DNA of 64,000 nt from a virus: the IMG/VR virus record IMGVR_UViG_3300030099_006944, positions 64,001 to 128,000 of that record. One strand, written 5' to 3'. The notes beneath the pieces are model-generated. The model was not told the origin of the DNA, ran no database searches, and worked only from the letters and a program-made list of their open reading frames with translations. The translations under genes were made by a program, and so were the position numbers. Below, in pieces: positions 47,049 through 57,117 of this stretch (the stretch's first letter is position 1; the number at the start of each line of letters is the position of its first letter).

Positions 47049-48335
47049 ATGTCTAACATGTTAGAACAAGCAATTGTAGATGCTGCGGCTCTACGAGAGG
47101 CTGCTCTCAAAAATGCAGAACAATCAATTATTGAGAAGTATGCACCGCAAATTAAAGAGGCCGTAGAGGCAATGCTTGAAAACGAAGGTGCTCCCCGCAC
47201 CCATATGTATCAAGGGCGAACAGTTAGTGTGATTCACGAAGCGGACGAAGACGGCAATGTTACTGTCGCTGAGGCTGGTGGAAAACCTTTTGTCGTTAAA
47301 GAATCAGATTTGTCTGAGGCGACAGATGAAGAGGTGCTTCAAGAAGAAGAAATGGACGCTGCTGCTGACACAGCAACTGCTCCCCCTACCGAAATAGAAG
47401 CACCCCCTGCATGGGATTCGCGCTACGGAGACACGCAGTCTGTAACCCTTACCGCGATGCTAGACAACGTTGACGAAGATGGAAATATCGAAATCGACTT
47501 GGACGCCATTGAGTTGTCAATGGCCGATGCAGATCAGGGACTAGAAGACACACTTCCAGAAGAGCCCGTAGAGGACATTTCCTTGGCTCCTGAGGAAGAG
47601 GAAGGGGAAACACCCGCTGATGAAACTGGGGAGGAAATAGATGACCTTCTTGGCGATCTAGGAGGGGAAGAAGATACTGATATGCAACTCCAAGAGCTTT
47701 TGGACTTATTATCAGAATATGATGAAGGATTAATTGAAGAAGATATCGATGTCGATATGGGTGAGGCCAAAGATGGCTGGATAGATACCAACGAAGGTTC
47801 TCTGGAATATAAGAGAGACATGGAAGACGCTAAATATACTCATTCTGTTCTCGAAGAAGAGGAAGAAGAGGAAGAAGATTCCGATGAGGAAATACACCAC
47901 GATCGTCTCCATGAAGCCAAACAAGAGATAGACTTACTTCAACAAACATTTTTGGTACTCAAGCAACAAAATGAAAAGCTTGAATCCGTTGTTCATCAAT
48001 TGAACGAAAAACTTGAAGAGACTTTGCTTTCAAACGCAAAGCTTCTTTATCAAAACCGCACTTTAAATGATGCCTCCTTGAATGAGCGACAAAAATCTAA
48101 AATTGTCGAAGCCATCTCTAATGCGGAGTCTCCTAAGGAGGCAAAGAGTTTACATGAGACGTTAAGGGCAACAGTGGGAAGCCAAAAACAAAAGGCTCCA
48201 CAATCACTGAATGAAACCGTAAATCGACGATCGAATCTATCCTCTATGTTGAATTCGAGACAAAACATAAACGAAAGCAAGATTCCTGATGATTCTTTTG
48301 TAAAGAAAATGCAGAAACTTGCAGGCATTAAATAA
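47049..48335 (+). CDS. Prohead scaffolding/core protein (T4 gp22-like)
   Basis: Very acidic, coiled-coil C-half, many L/I/V-x-E sites, directly upstream of the major capsid gene. Start moved to ATG 47049 after AGGAG. Confidence 0.75.
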   Translation: MSNMLEQAIVDAAALREAALKNAEQSIIEKYAPQIKEAVEAMLENEGAPRTHMYQGRTVSVIHEADEDGNVTVAEAGGKPFVVKESDLSEATDEEVLQEEEMDAAADTATAPPTEIEAPPAWDSRYGDTQSVTLTAMLDNVDEDGNIEIDLDAIELSMADADQGLEDTLPEEPVEDISLAPEEEEGETPADETGEEIDDLLGDLGGEEDTDMQLQELLDLLSEYDEGLIEEDIDVDMGEAKDGWIDTNEGSLEYKRDMEDAKYTHSVLEEEEEEEEDSDEEIHHDRLHEAKQEIDLLQQTFLVLKQQNEKLESVVHQLNEKLEETLLSNAKLLYQNRTLNDASLNERQKSKIVEAISNAESPKEAKSLHETLRATVGSQKQKAPQSLNETVNRRSNLSSMLNSRQNINESKIPDDSFVKKMQKLAGIK

Positions 48336-48358
48336 CAATATATAAGGAGGTTAATCTA

Positions 48359-50221
48359 ATGTCTATTGTAGAAAAATTAACCGAAGGTATCGTGAACCGC
48401 GATATGGCCCAAGAAGGCGCTGCTCTTCTTAACAAATGGGGTCAAACTGGTTTGCTTGAAGGCCTTCAAAATGATCACCAGAAGAGCACTATGGCTCGTC
48501 TTTTGGAAAACCAAGCGAAGGAACTTCTTCGTGAGGCTTCTTCATTGGGTGCTGGTGACGTAGAAGGTTTCGCTGCTGTTGCCTTCCCTATCGTTCGTCG
48601 TGTATTCGCCGGACTTATTGCTAACGATCTTGTTAGTGTTCAGCCGATGTCACTCCCTAGTGGACTGATCTTCTTCCTTGACTTCTCTTTTGGAGATCAA
48701 GAAGGTGGAAACGGTGTTTCTGGCTCTCGTATGGGTAACACACAAGGTGGTACTGAATCTATCTATGGTACTGATAAACTTGGTTCAGAAGTTATCACCG
48801 GTGTTGGACTTACAGATAGTCTCAAAGGTGATCTTTCTGGTCCCGGCCGAAGTGGTATGGTCGGATACGCTTACGCTTCTCCAAGTGGAAGTAACGTTGC
48901 TGCTTTTACTAACAGCGATCACATTAAAGTACGCTCTGCTTTCAAACTAGATGGAAGTGTATCTGAGACTCGTGCTAAGTACATTCAATATGATCCGGAT
49001 CTACTAGCATCAACTACTTTGGGTGTTGTCGTTGTCGACGTTAACCAAGCGGAGATTGAAAGTGTTGCAGACGCCGCTGACGCAGATTTTGACAACTTGT
49101 CTGCTTTTGTATTTGATAAAGCAGCACTTCTTACTTACTTAAATGGAGTAACTGGTGGTTCTGCAATTGGCACTATTACTGCTGTTGCTAATATATCTCA
49201 AGTACGTCGTCTAACTAGAAAAGTTGCTGCTGCTGATTCCGCTACTGGTGCCGCTGCTGTGCGTTTTGTCATCTCTTTGGACGAACCAGCACAAATCACA
49301 ACAGAATCTGATACAGCAACTAATGGTGCTGGTGACCTTGCTATTGGAAAACTAAGTTTCCCAATCGTAGACCACCTTCCTGCTGCTGGTACTGTTGGAG
49401 CCGTTGGTTCTTCTAGTAACAACTTTGCTTTGGAAGGCTCCGAGAATATTCCGGAAATCGACATCAAGGTAGATTCAACTGCCATCACAGCGCAAACCAA
49501 GAAGTTGAAAGCCAAGTGGACTCCTGAATTGGGTCAAGACTTGAACGCTTACCACAACTTGGATGCTGAGGTTGAGTTGACTTCTATTCTTTCTGAGCAA
49601 ATCGCTCTGGAAATCGATCGCGAAATTCTTTCTGACTTGGTACGTGGTGCTACCGCTGCTACTTATTACTGGTCTCGTTCTCCGGGTCTCTTCGTTAACC
49701 GTTCAACTGGTGCGGAATTGGGCGCTACTGCTGCTGCTCCTGACTTCACCGGTACTGTTAGTGAATGGTATGAGACTCTCATTGAAACTATCAATGATGT
49801 TTCTGCTCAGATCCACAGAAAGACTCTTCGTGGTGGTGCTAACTATGTTGTTGTGTCTCCTGAGGGCGCTAACATTCTCGAATTCACTTCTGGATTCCGT
49901 GCTAATGTTACTGCTGACGCTGACAAAGGCGACATCGGCGCTGTTAAGGCTGGTTCATTGAGTCGTAAGTTTGACGTTATCGTTGATCCTTACTTCCCAC
50001 GTAACCTTATATTGGTTGGTCGTAAAGGTTCTTCTTTCCTTGAAAGTGGATACGTTTATGCTCCATACGTGCCTCTGCAAACTACACCAACAATCTTCGG
50101 GCCTGAAGACTTCGTTCCTCGTAAAGGGGTAATGACTCGTTATGCCAAGAAGATGGTTCGTCCTGATATGTATGGCCTTGTCATCATTCGCGGATTGCTC
50201 GGTGAGTCCGGTGCTTCCTAA
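48359..50221 (+). CDS. gp23: Major capsid protein (T4 gp23-like) with large internal insertion
   Basis: LENQAKELLRE, PIVRRVF..LIANDLVSVQPMSLPSGLIF, TKKLKAKWTPELGQDLNAYH.LDAE.EL..ILSEQI.LEIDRE, YAPYVPL and TRYA. Confidence 0.95.
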   Translation: MSIVEKLTEGIVNRDMAQEGAALLNKWGQTGLLEGLQNDHQKSTMARLLENQAKELLREASSLGAGDVEGFAAVAFPIVRRVFAGLIANDLVSVQPMSLPSGLIFFLDFSFGDQEGGNGVSGSRMGNTQGGTESIYGTDKLGSEVITGVGLTDSLKGDLSGPGRSGMVGYAYASPSGSNVAAFTNSDHIKVRSAFKLDGSVSETRAKYIQYDPDLLASTTLGVVVVDVNQAEIESVADAADADFDNLSAFVFDKAALLTYLNGVTGGSAIGTITAVANISQVRRLTRKVAAADSATGAAAVRFVISLDEPAQITTESDTATNGAGDLAIGKLSFPIVDHLPAAGTVGAVGSSSNNFALEGSENIPEIDIKVDSTAITAQTKKLKAKWTPELGQDLNAYHNLDAEVELTSILSEQIALEIDREILSDLVRGATAATYYWSRSPGLFVNRSTGAELGATAAAPDFTGTVSEWYETLIETINDVSAQIHRKTLRGGANYVVVSPEGANILEFTSGFRANVTADADKGDIGAVKAGSLSRKFDVIVDPYFPRNLILVGRKGSSFLESGYVYAPYVPLQTTPTIFGPEDFVPRKGVMTRYAKKMVRPDMYGLVIIRGLLGESGAS

Positions 50222-50252
50222 TCTATAACTGATTAGAACACCAAAAAAGACG

Positions 50253-50279
50253 CCCTCGTTCTTCGGAACGGGGGTTTTC
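50253..50279 (+). terminator. Intrinsic terminator after the major capsid gene
   Basis: ccctcgttc-ttcg-gaacggggg-tttt. Confidence 0.9.
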
Positions 50280-50290
50280 TTATTCTACGA

Positions 50291-50298
50291 ACTATTTA
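50291..50298 (+). promoter_or_regulatory. Candidate late-promoter motif ACTATTTA
   Basis: Immediately after the capsid-gene terminator. Confidence 0.65.
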
Positions 50299-50353
50299 CA
50301 TATGAATTGGGTGATACCCACATATTTATAATATTATTAAGGAGATTTATATT

Positions 50354-50785
50354 ATGGCTAAATCAGGAAGATACTCTGCTGATAGAAAAAAAGTTCAGTC
50401 AATTACTGCTTCTATTTCGCTGACAAAAGCGGATTGTGGCACTTTTATGATGCTCAATGCAGCGGCTGGCTGTACAGTAACTTTACCTTCAATTGCTGAC
50501 GCTGGTCAGGGATGGTGGTGTCGCTTTATTGTTGCAACAAACTGCTCGTCTAATGAATATATAATTCAAGAAAATGCTTCATACGATACGGATACAATTA
50601 TCGGTGGAATTAACGAACTTGAAGTAGATACCTCAGATGACGGTCCAAGTTCAACCGGTTGTACGTACATTACTATTGCTAACGGAACAGATACTGTTGG
50701 AGACTTCGTAGAAGTCATGACCGATGGAACCAAATGGTATATCGCTGGTCAAACCAAATTAGACGGCGGCATTGGTTTAACATAA
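50354..50785 (+). CDS. Putative capsid decoration protein
   Basis: AAGGAG RBS. CTVTLPSIADAGQGWWCRFIV resembles the LP...G domain of the fibre C-termini. Follows the capsid gene. Confidence 0.45.
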   Translation: MAKSGRYSADRKKVQSITASISLTKADCGTFMMLNAAAGCTVTLPSIADAGQGWWCRFIVATNCSSNEYIIQENASYDTDTIIGGINELEVDTSDDGPSSTGCTYITIANGTDTVGDFVEVMTDGTKWYIAGQTKLDGGIGLT

Positions 50786-50798
50786 TACGAGGTGATCA

Positions 50799-51155
50799 AT
50801 GGGAAAACGTAATAAACGAGCAAGAACAATTCTTAAGAAGGCTAGCATTTTGGGAGAGGAAATTTCTCCCGAAGTTGCTCGTCGTTATGGGATAGAAAAT
50901 TTGCTTCCACAAAAAACAAACACAGAAAAAATTGAAGAATTAAAAACTAAAAATCCTGAACCAATTATCGAAGAACCTGTTGTTCTCGAAGAACCAAAGT
51001 TTGTGACAGAAGCCGAACCGGTGAAAGTTGTGGCTGAGGAACCAAAGGTTGAGGTAAAGAAAACAACAAGAAAACGAGCGCCTCGTAAAACAACAACGAG
51101 GACAAGAAAAACAAATACAAAAGCCAGTTCAAAATCTATCTCCTCCAAGAAATAA
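50799..51155 (+). CDS. Hypothetical protein with Glu/Pro linker and Lys/Arg/Thr-rich tail
   Basis: GAGGTGA RBS. 118 aa. Confidence 0.5.
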   Translation: MGKRNKRARTILKKASILGEEISPEVARRYGIENLLPQKTNTEKIEELKTKNPEPIIEEPVVLEEPKFVTEAEPVKVVAEEPKVEVKKTTRKRAPRKTTTRTRKTNTKASSKSISSKK

Positions 51156-51177
51156 TAAATGTGTGTGTAATGCTTTG

Positions 51178-51210
51178 CCTCCGATGAATCGTCGTCGGAG
51201 GTTTTCCTTT
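51178..51210 (+). terminator. Intrinsic terminator
   Basis: cctccgatga-atcg-tcgtcggagg-ttttccttt. Confidence 0.85.
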
Positions 51211-51217
51211 TGTATTA

Positions 51218-51225
51218 ACTAATTA
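51218..51225 (+). promoter_or_regulatory. Candidate late-promoter motif ACTAATTA
   Basis: Immediately after a terminator, before the neck genes. Confidence 0.65.
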
Positions 51226-51246
51226 GGTGTAGCGGAGGATTCCTTA

Positions 51247-52494
51247 ATGTCATTTCCATCTTTAACACCGACATCTTCAACAAGTGCAATTGTTTTACCA
51301 TCAACTGGTTCGACTGACGACGTAGCTTCATCATTGGCTATTGGTTACTATACAGGCAGTGCTGCCTTTATATCCGGAGCGGCTTCACAAGTTGCTTATA
51401 CCTATAAAAGATTAGGAGGAGATGTTCTAGATATTGAAATAAAAGCTGTTAATGTTTACAATCATTATGAAGAAGCTGTTTTAGAATATTCTTATATCGT
51501 AAATCTTCATCAAGCTAGAAATGCTTTGGGAAGCGCTCTCGGTGGCACAACCGGGTCATTCAATAACAAGGGAGAATTGACCGACGGAACTGACGCGGCC
51601 CTGAAATATCCAAAATTTCAATTCGATTACGCATATCGTGTGGCGGATTCTTTTTCATCAGAGGCTGCTGTTGGAGGAACACAACCAATATATTCTGCTT
51701 CGATCGATAGAGTTTCTAATCAATCAGACTATGATTTACAAAATGCTGTGAGTGCCAGTTCAGTGGCAGGTGGAGTACCATACGCTGGCCTAGTTGGAAA
51801 TAAAAGAATCAAGATCAAAGAAATGTATTATAAGACTCCGGAACAAATGTGGAGATTTTATGGATACTATGGCGGGTTAAATGTTGTGGGAGATTTTCAC
51901 AATTATGGACAGTATGCCGACGATTCAACTTTCCAAGTCATTCCTGCTTGGCAAAATAAACTACAAGCCGTGGCATTTGAAGATCACTTGTATACAAGAA
52001 CATCTCACTATTCGTACGAGATTATTGACAACAAGCTAAGACTTTTTCCTACACCCAATGATGTATCTCCGGAGAAGTTCTGGTTTAAGTTTACAATCGA
52101 AGACAATGATGCTTTCGCCACAGGATCCTATGATAGTGGAGTGAACGGCATCAACAATATGAACAACTTGCCGTTTCAAAACCTTCCATTCGAGAGTATT
52201 AATTCCATGGGGCAACAGTGGATTCGTAGATTTTCATTGGCGCTTTCGAAGGAGACTTTGGGCCAAGTTCGAGGAAAATTTGGAGGATCAATTCCGATTC
52301 CGGGAGATAACGTTACCCTGAATGCCTCTGATTTGTTATCACAGGCACAAAATGAACAAACCGCTCTACGAGAAGAACTCAATAAACAATTGGACGAAAT
52401 GTTATATACAAAATTAGCTGAGAACGACAAGGCGTACGTCGACAACACAGATTCCATTGTAGGGAAGACACCTTTGAAGATATTTGTGGGGTAA
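51247..52494 (+). CDS. gp13: Neck protein (T4 gp13-like)
   Basis: YKRLGGDVLDIEI...EEAVLEY and WIRRFSLALSKE.LG.VRGKF...IPG..VTLN. Expected position after the capsid genes. Confidence 0.7.
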   Translation: MSFPSLTPTSSTSAIVLPSTGSTDDVASSLAIGYYTGSAAFISGAASQVAYTYKRLGGDVLDIEIKAVNVYNHYEEAVLEYSYIVNLHQARNALGSALGGTTGSFNNKGELTDGTDAALKYPKFQFDYAYRVADSFSSEAAVGGTQPIYSASIDRVSNQSDYDLQNAVSASSVAGGVPYAGLVGNKRIKIKEMYYKTPEQMWRFYGYYGGLNVVGDFHNYGQYADDSTFQVIPAWQNKLQAVAFEDHLYTRTSHYSYEIIDNKLRLFPTPNDVSPEKFWFKFTIEDNDAFATGSYDSGVNGINNMNNLPFQNLPFESINSMGQQWIRRFSLALSKETLGQVRGKFGGSIPIPGDNVTLNASDLLSQAQNEQTALREELNKQLDEMLYTKLAENDKAYVDNTDSIVGKTPLKIFVG

Positions 52495-52498
52495 ATAA

Positions 52499-52987
52499 AT
52501 GAGCAATAAATGGACAAGACCAGCACAGCCACCCTCACCGTTATTTGTTGGAGAAAAAGAGAAGAATCTTGTTAAACAAGTTAACGATGAGATCATCGAG
52601 CGCGTTGTTGGTCAACAAGTTTTGTATTTTGCAATAGATATGGAAACAACCAACTTCCATCCTCTTTATGGCGAGGCCATAGAAAAAAACTTTTTACACC
52701 CAATTAGGGTTTTTGCCCTAGTAGAGTACGGAGGTATTGAAACTAATTTCATGGATAGTGTTGGTATCGATAAAAAAACTACGATAACAGTGCATTTCCA
52801 CAAAAGAAGGCTAACCGAAGATCAAAATCTCTTCGTAAGGGAAGGTGACTTTGTTAGGTACGGTGATATCTATTATGAAATCACCAAACTCAATGAACCA
52901 AAGCAACTTTTTGGTCAAATTGAGACAAAATATGAAATTACAGCAGACTGCATAAGAGCAAGGGACGGATTATTCAATGGCGAATGA
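52499..52987 (+). CDS. gp14: Neck/head-completion protein (T4 gp14-like)
   Basis: EIIERVVGQQVLYF...LYGEAIEKNF...REGDFV...YEI. Synteny. Confidence 0.6.
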   Translation: MSNKWTRPAQPPSPLFVGEKEKNLVKQVNDEIIERVVGQQVLYFAIDMETTNFHPLYGEAIEKNFLHPIRVFALVEYGGIETNFMDSVGIDKKTTITVHFHKRRLTEDQNLFVREGDFVRYGDIYYEITKLNEPKQLFGQIETKYEITADCIRARDGLFNGE

Positions 52988-53816
52988 AGAAATAGTTATA
53001 AAAGCCTCATCCATAGAGACGATAGACTTGGCTCTATACGAACTTATTGATAACGGGTTTGATTTACATACTAAAACCAACGCTGGGTTTAAAAAAGTTC
53101 CTGTCTTGTGGATATCTCCGGAGAGAGCCTTTCACATCAAAGAAAAAGAGATCAGAGATAAAGTTGGGAAATTAAAGTTACCCCTGATAACGATAGAGAG
53201 GACTAGTTTTGCGAAGGATCCTACCTTCAAAGGCGCCTTTCAAGCAAATATCTTCCCAAACACAACTGGTCCGCGCGGATATAGAAAACATCAACAAAAA
53301 GTTGCAAAGAAACCCAGCAGTAAAGGTACTAGAAAATTTGCTTCGGCTGATGTGCATAGGGATGAAGGTCAGCACCATTACCCTTCCGAAAACAAGAAAG
53401 TTGTATATGAGGAGATATACACACCTATCCCAACTTGGATCACGGTGACTTACTCAATAACTTTAAGAACTGAGTATCAGCAACAGATGAATGATTTGAT
53501 GACACCATTTGCTACTCGTACAGGAAATATTAATGCTCTATTGATTCGTCAAGAGGGTCATCAGTACGAAGCATTTATTCAACAAGATTTTGCTCAGTCA
53601 AATAATATGTCAAGCCTAGGCGAAGATGAAAGGATGTTCCAAACTAAAATCGACATCAAAGTCCTAGGATACCTTCTAGGGGACGGGGAAAATGAAGAAG
53701 TCCCGAAGGTAATAAAGAAGGAAACAATCGTTGAATTAAAGATTGTCAGAGAAAGAAGCATTGTCGGAGATGAAAAACCGTGGGAAACCGACAACAAGAA
53801 ATATAGAGACATATAA
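52977..53816 (+). CDS. gp15: Tail terminator / sheath stabiliser (T4 gp15-like)
   Basis: KLPLITIERTS...PIPTWITVTYSITL...QQMNDL. Lies between the neck and sheath genes. Confidence 0.6.
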   Translation: MANEEIVIKASSIETIDLALYELIDNGFDLHTKTNAGFKKVPVLWISPERAFHIKEKEIRDKVGKLKLPLITIERTSFAKDPTFKGAFQANIFPNTTGPRGYRKHQQKVAKKPSSKGTRKFASADVHRDEGQHHYPSENKKVVYEEIYTPIPTWITVTYSITLRTEYQQQMNDLMTPFATRTGNINALLIRQEGHQYEAFIQQDFAQSNNMSSLGEDERMFQTKIDIKVLGYLLGDGENEEVPKVIKKETIVELKIVRERSIVGDEKPWETDNKKYRDI

Positions 53817-53836
53817 TGATTTTAAGAAATTCCACG

Positions 53837-53844
53837 ACTATTTA
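53837..53844 (+). promoter_or_regulatory. Candidate late-promoter motif ACTATTTA
   Basis: Intergenic, before the sheath gene. Confidence 0.65.
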
Positions 53845-53877
53845 ATAAGAATTAGAATAAGAAAGGAGAATTAGTCC

Positions 53878-56800
53878 ATGGCTAAAAAATTTGATTTCCT
53901 ATCACCCGGAATTGAAATGCGGGAGATTGACCAAAGCGGGATTGCTACCCAAAGAGACGAAGAAGGACCGATCATTATCGGCCGTACTCGCAAAGGGCCA
54001 GCAAACAAGCCGGTTAAAATTAGAAACTTAGATGATTATATCGCTGTTTTCGGTGCACCAGTTGCTGGTGGTACCGGTGATCAAGGCGATATTTGGAGAG
54101 AAGGTAATACTACCGGTCCTACTTATGCTGCGTATGCTGCGCAAGCTTGGTTGGCATCAGAAGAATCACCAATCGTAATGGTTAGAGTTGCCGGCGAGCA
54201 ACACCCAAATGCTGCTGATGCTGGTAAAGCTGGATGGGCTCTTAGTGCATCTGTATCTTCTACTAACAGTACTAACAGTACAGCTTACGGGCTTTTTCTT
54301 TGTGATTCTGGATCCAAAGCAATGGGGACTGGTTCACTGGCTGCTGTAATATACTGTAACAGGGGCTATATGGGGTTGACAGGTAAAGCCGCGGCTGACC
54401 CGGGCGGTTCTGACGTGATTGAAGCAGGGACTTTGATCAAATCTAACGCCTCAAATTATGGATTCTCTCTTAAAGTTTATGATCAAGATGGAACCCTTAA
54501 AGAATCTCCATCGTTTAATTTCAGCAGAAACTCTTCACAATATATTAGAAGCGTCCTCAACACCAACCCTCAGTTGGTCAATGAGACTATGATAAGTAGT
54601 GCCGATAGAAAGACTTACTGGTTGGGTGAAACGTTCAATAGAGCGATCGAAGACAATCTAAGTAACTCTGCTTCCGGTGAAGTATATGGTATCTTGTTGC
54701 CACTAGTTAGTGGATCATTGTCGGGTAACAACTGGGCTGATAGAAAACAAGCAGCACAAGAAGCTAAGTCTGGGTGGGTTTTCTCTCAAAAAGAAACTAA
54801 CCAAGTTTACTTGTTCCGTCTTAAATGTCTGCATGTCGGAGACGACTTCCAAAAGAATCACATGATTGCAATTGAAAACATCAGAGAACCTAGTAACAGA
54901 AACGTTGATGCTTATGGTACTTTCTCTGTTGCGATTCTGGATCTAAACGGAACAGCAATTGAGAGATACAACAACCTTAACTTGAACCCTGCTTCTCCAA
55001 ACTATATTGCAAAAGTTATCGGAGATCAATATCAGTCTTGGGACAACACCAACCGTCGTTACAGAACATATGGTGACTACCCTAATCGCTCTGACTTGGT
55101 TTATGTCGAGGTTAATCAAAATATCGCTGACGGTGGTGGCGGTGGATTATTACCAGCCGGTTTCAAAGGACCAGTTCGTCCGAAAGGATTCACTATCATG
55201 GATGGTCGTGATGGAGCATTGACTTTGGGACACGCTGATCCCGGAAATCCTGCTACCTTACTTTTCATCTGGAACGGAACTGCCGAAGATGATGTAACTA
55301 GTGGAAGACAGGCCGCATTCACAGCTAATGGAACAGCCTATACTATCACCTTTACTGATGGTGCGACGGATGCCACATCTTTTTCTGGTGGCGCTGCTAC
55401 ATTGAAAGCAAACCATACTAGTCAAGCTTCAATCCGGACAGCCTTAACTACTCTTCTAGACTCTATCAGTGGCTATTCTGCCTATGAAGACGGAAACACT
55501 GTTGTTATGATTTCTGATGTTGTTGTCGCTTCGACATACGATTTCAGTTCAGTTAGTGAGAACATAAGTCCACTTTCTATATCAGCGATCGCTGGTTCAG
55601 ATGAAACAGTGGATGGAGGTGTTTTCGCGAAAGGTAACGATGTTACATTGATTACCGGTGGTACCGCCACTGAGTTTGCTGCTGGACCAGTTGGCTACAC
55701 GGCCTCCTTCAATTTCCCAGCAATTCCACTTCGATCTGGTGGTACTGATGGTGGCGCTGCTGATCCATATCGTTGTTACTGGGGGATCCGTCCAAAACTG
55801 TCGGCTACCTCTCCAACAAATGATGCGGACTACTGCGATTACCTTCGTGGGCTTAATGCAATATCTGATAGCTTTGCTCCCGGTAACGATGATTTTGAGC
55901 ACTCCATTTGCTTCTCGTTGGACGATATCCTAGTCAATACTGATGACAACACTGTACGTTACATTAGCGGCTCATATGAGCGCGCTGACAGCGCCAGCAC
56001 TGACCCATCATACACAAAGGGTACCGGATCATTTGGAGACCTTCTAGACCTAAATGTGCGCCAATTCTTGATGCCTATGTGGGGTGGATCTGACGGTCTT
56101 GATATTACTGAGAAAGAACCTCTTCGAAATGGATTGATTGGAACGTCTTGGTCTGAGACTACAAATCATGTACAATACTCTTTGAATAAAGCTATCGATG
56201 CTGTTAAGGATCCAGAAGTAGTACCAGCTAATCTTTTGTTAGCTCCCGGTATCCGCGCTCCTTTGATCACTAACAAATTGATCAGTACTGCTGAGTCTCG
56301 TAAAGATGTTTTGGCTATCATTGATATTGAAAATGATTACATGCCAACACACGAATCTACTGATAGTGCTTCTTCCAGACTAGGTTCTGTTACTAGTGCA
56401 GTATCAACATTGAAAGGTAGAAACCTTAATTCAAGTTATGCTTGTTGCTTCTACCCTTGGGTTCAAATCGCTGACAACCTGAGCGGCGGACATTATGTAT
56501 GGATTCCATCTTCTGTTGCTGGGCTTGGCGCTATGGCTAAATCCCAAGCAAAATCAGATGTTTGGTTTGCTCCCGCTGGTTTCAATCGCGGTGGACTTGG
56601 AAACCTCGGAGGTTCGAGAGGACCAGCCGTAGTACAAGCGCGTCAACGTCTAGACTCTAACGAAAGAGATAAATTGTATGAAGTCAACATCAACCCAATT
56701 GCAACATTCCCAGCAGAAGGGGTTGTAATCTTCGGACAGAAAACACTTCAAGCAGGTACATCTGCATTGGATAGAATCAATGTTCGTAGACTGCTGCTTC

Positions 56801-57084
56801 ATCTTAAATCTAAGGTTAGTACTGTTTCTAGAAACCTTCTGTTCGACCAGAATATAGATTCTACTTGGGCTAGATTTAAGTCACAAGTTAATCCAATCTT
56901 GGCTAACGTACAAGCTAGATTTGGACTTACTGATTACAAACTAATATTGGATGAAACCACTACTACTGCTGACTTGATCGATCGTAACATCATGTATGCT
57001 AAGATTTATATCAAGCCTGCTCGCGCAATTGAATACATTGTCGTAGACTTTGTAATCACCAAAACCGGCGCTGATTTTGTATAA
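53878..57084 (+). CDS. gp18: Tail sheath protein (1068 aa, with insertions)
   Basis: FLSPGIEMREID at the N-terminus. WFAPAGFNRG, LYEVNINPIATFP, FGQKTLQ, LDRINVRRLL and IYIKPARAIEYI at the C-terminus. Confidence 0.95.
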   Translation: MAKKFDFLSPGIEMREIDQSGIATQRDEEGPIIIGRTRKGPANKPVKIRNLDDYIAVFGAPVAGGTGDQGDIWREGNTTGPTYAAYAAQAWLASEESPIVMVRVAGEQHPNAADAGKAGWALSASVSSTNSTNSTAYGLFLCDSGSKAMGTGSLAAVIYCNRGYMGLTGKAAADPGGSDVIEAGTLIKSNASNYGFSLKVYDQDGTLKESPSFNFSRNSSQYIRSVLNTNPQLVNETMISSADRKTYWLGETFNRAIEDNLSNSASGEVYGILLPLVSGSLSGNNWADRKQAAQEAKSGWVFSQKETNQVYLFRLKCLHVGDDFQKNHMIAIENIREPSNRNVDAYGTFSVAILDLNGTAIERYNNLNLNPASPNYIAKVIGDQYQSWDNTNRRYRTYGDYPNRSDLVYVEVNQNIADGGGGGLLPAGFKGPVRPKGFTIMDGRDGALTLGHADPGNPATLLFIWNGTAEDDVTSGRQAAFTANGTAYTITFTDGATDATSFSGGAATLKANHTSQASIRTALTTLLDSISGYSAYEDGNTVVMISDVVVASTYDFSSVSENISPLSISAIAGSDETVDGGVFAKGNDVTLITGGTATEFAAGPVGYTASFNFPAIPLRSGGTDGGAADPYRCYWGIRPKLSATSPTNDADYCDYLRGLNAISDSFAPGNDDFEHSICFSLDDILVNTDDNTVRYISGSYERADSASTDPSYTKGTGSFGDLLDLNVRQFLMPMWGGSDGLDITEKEPLRNGLIGTSWSETTNHVQYSLNKAIDAVKDPEVVPANLLLAPGIRAPLITNKLISTAESRKDVLAIIDIENDYMPTHESTDSASSRLGSVTSAVSTLKGRNLNSSYACCFYPWVQIADNLSGGHYVWIPSSVAGLGAMAKSQAKSDVWFAPAGFNRGGLGNLGGSRGPAVVQARQRLDSNERDKLYEVNINPIATFPAEGVVIFGQKTLQAGTSALDRINVRRLLLHLKSKVSTVSRNLLFDQNIDSTWARFKSQVNPILANVQARFGLTDYKLILDETTTTADLIDRNIMYAKIYIKPARAIEYIVVDFVITKTGADFV

Positions 57085-57087
57085 GAC

Positions 57088-57095
57088 ACTATTTA
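57088..57095 (+). promoter_or_regulatory. Candidate late-promoter motif ACTATTTA
   Basis: Intergenic, before the tube gene. Confidence 0.65.
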
Positions 57096-57117
57096 ATTTA
57101 AAAAGGAGAAACTTTAA

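Noticed and set aside
31392-50221. Inteins, group I introns or homing endonucleases in terL, portal or capsid genes
   Set aside because: The ORFs are continuous, with no LAGLIDADG/HNH/GIY-YIG motifs or intein splice-junction signatures seen.
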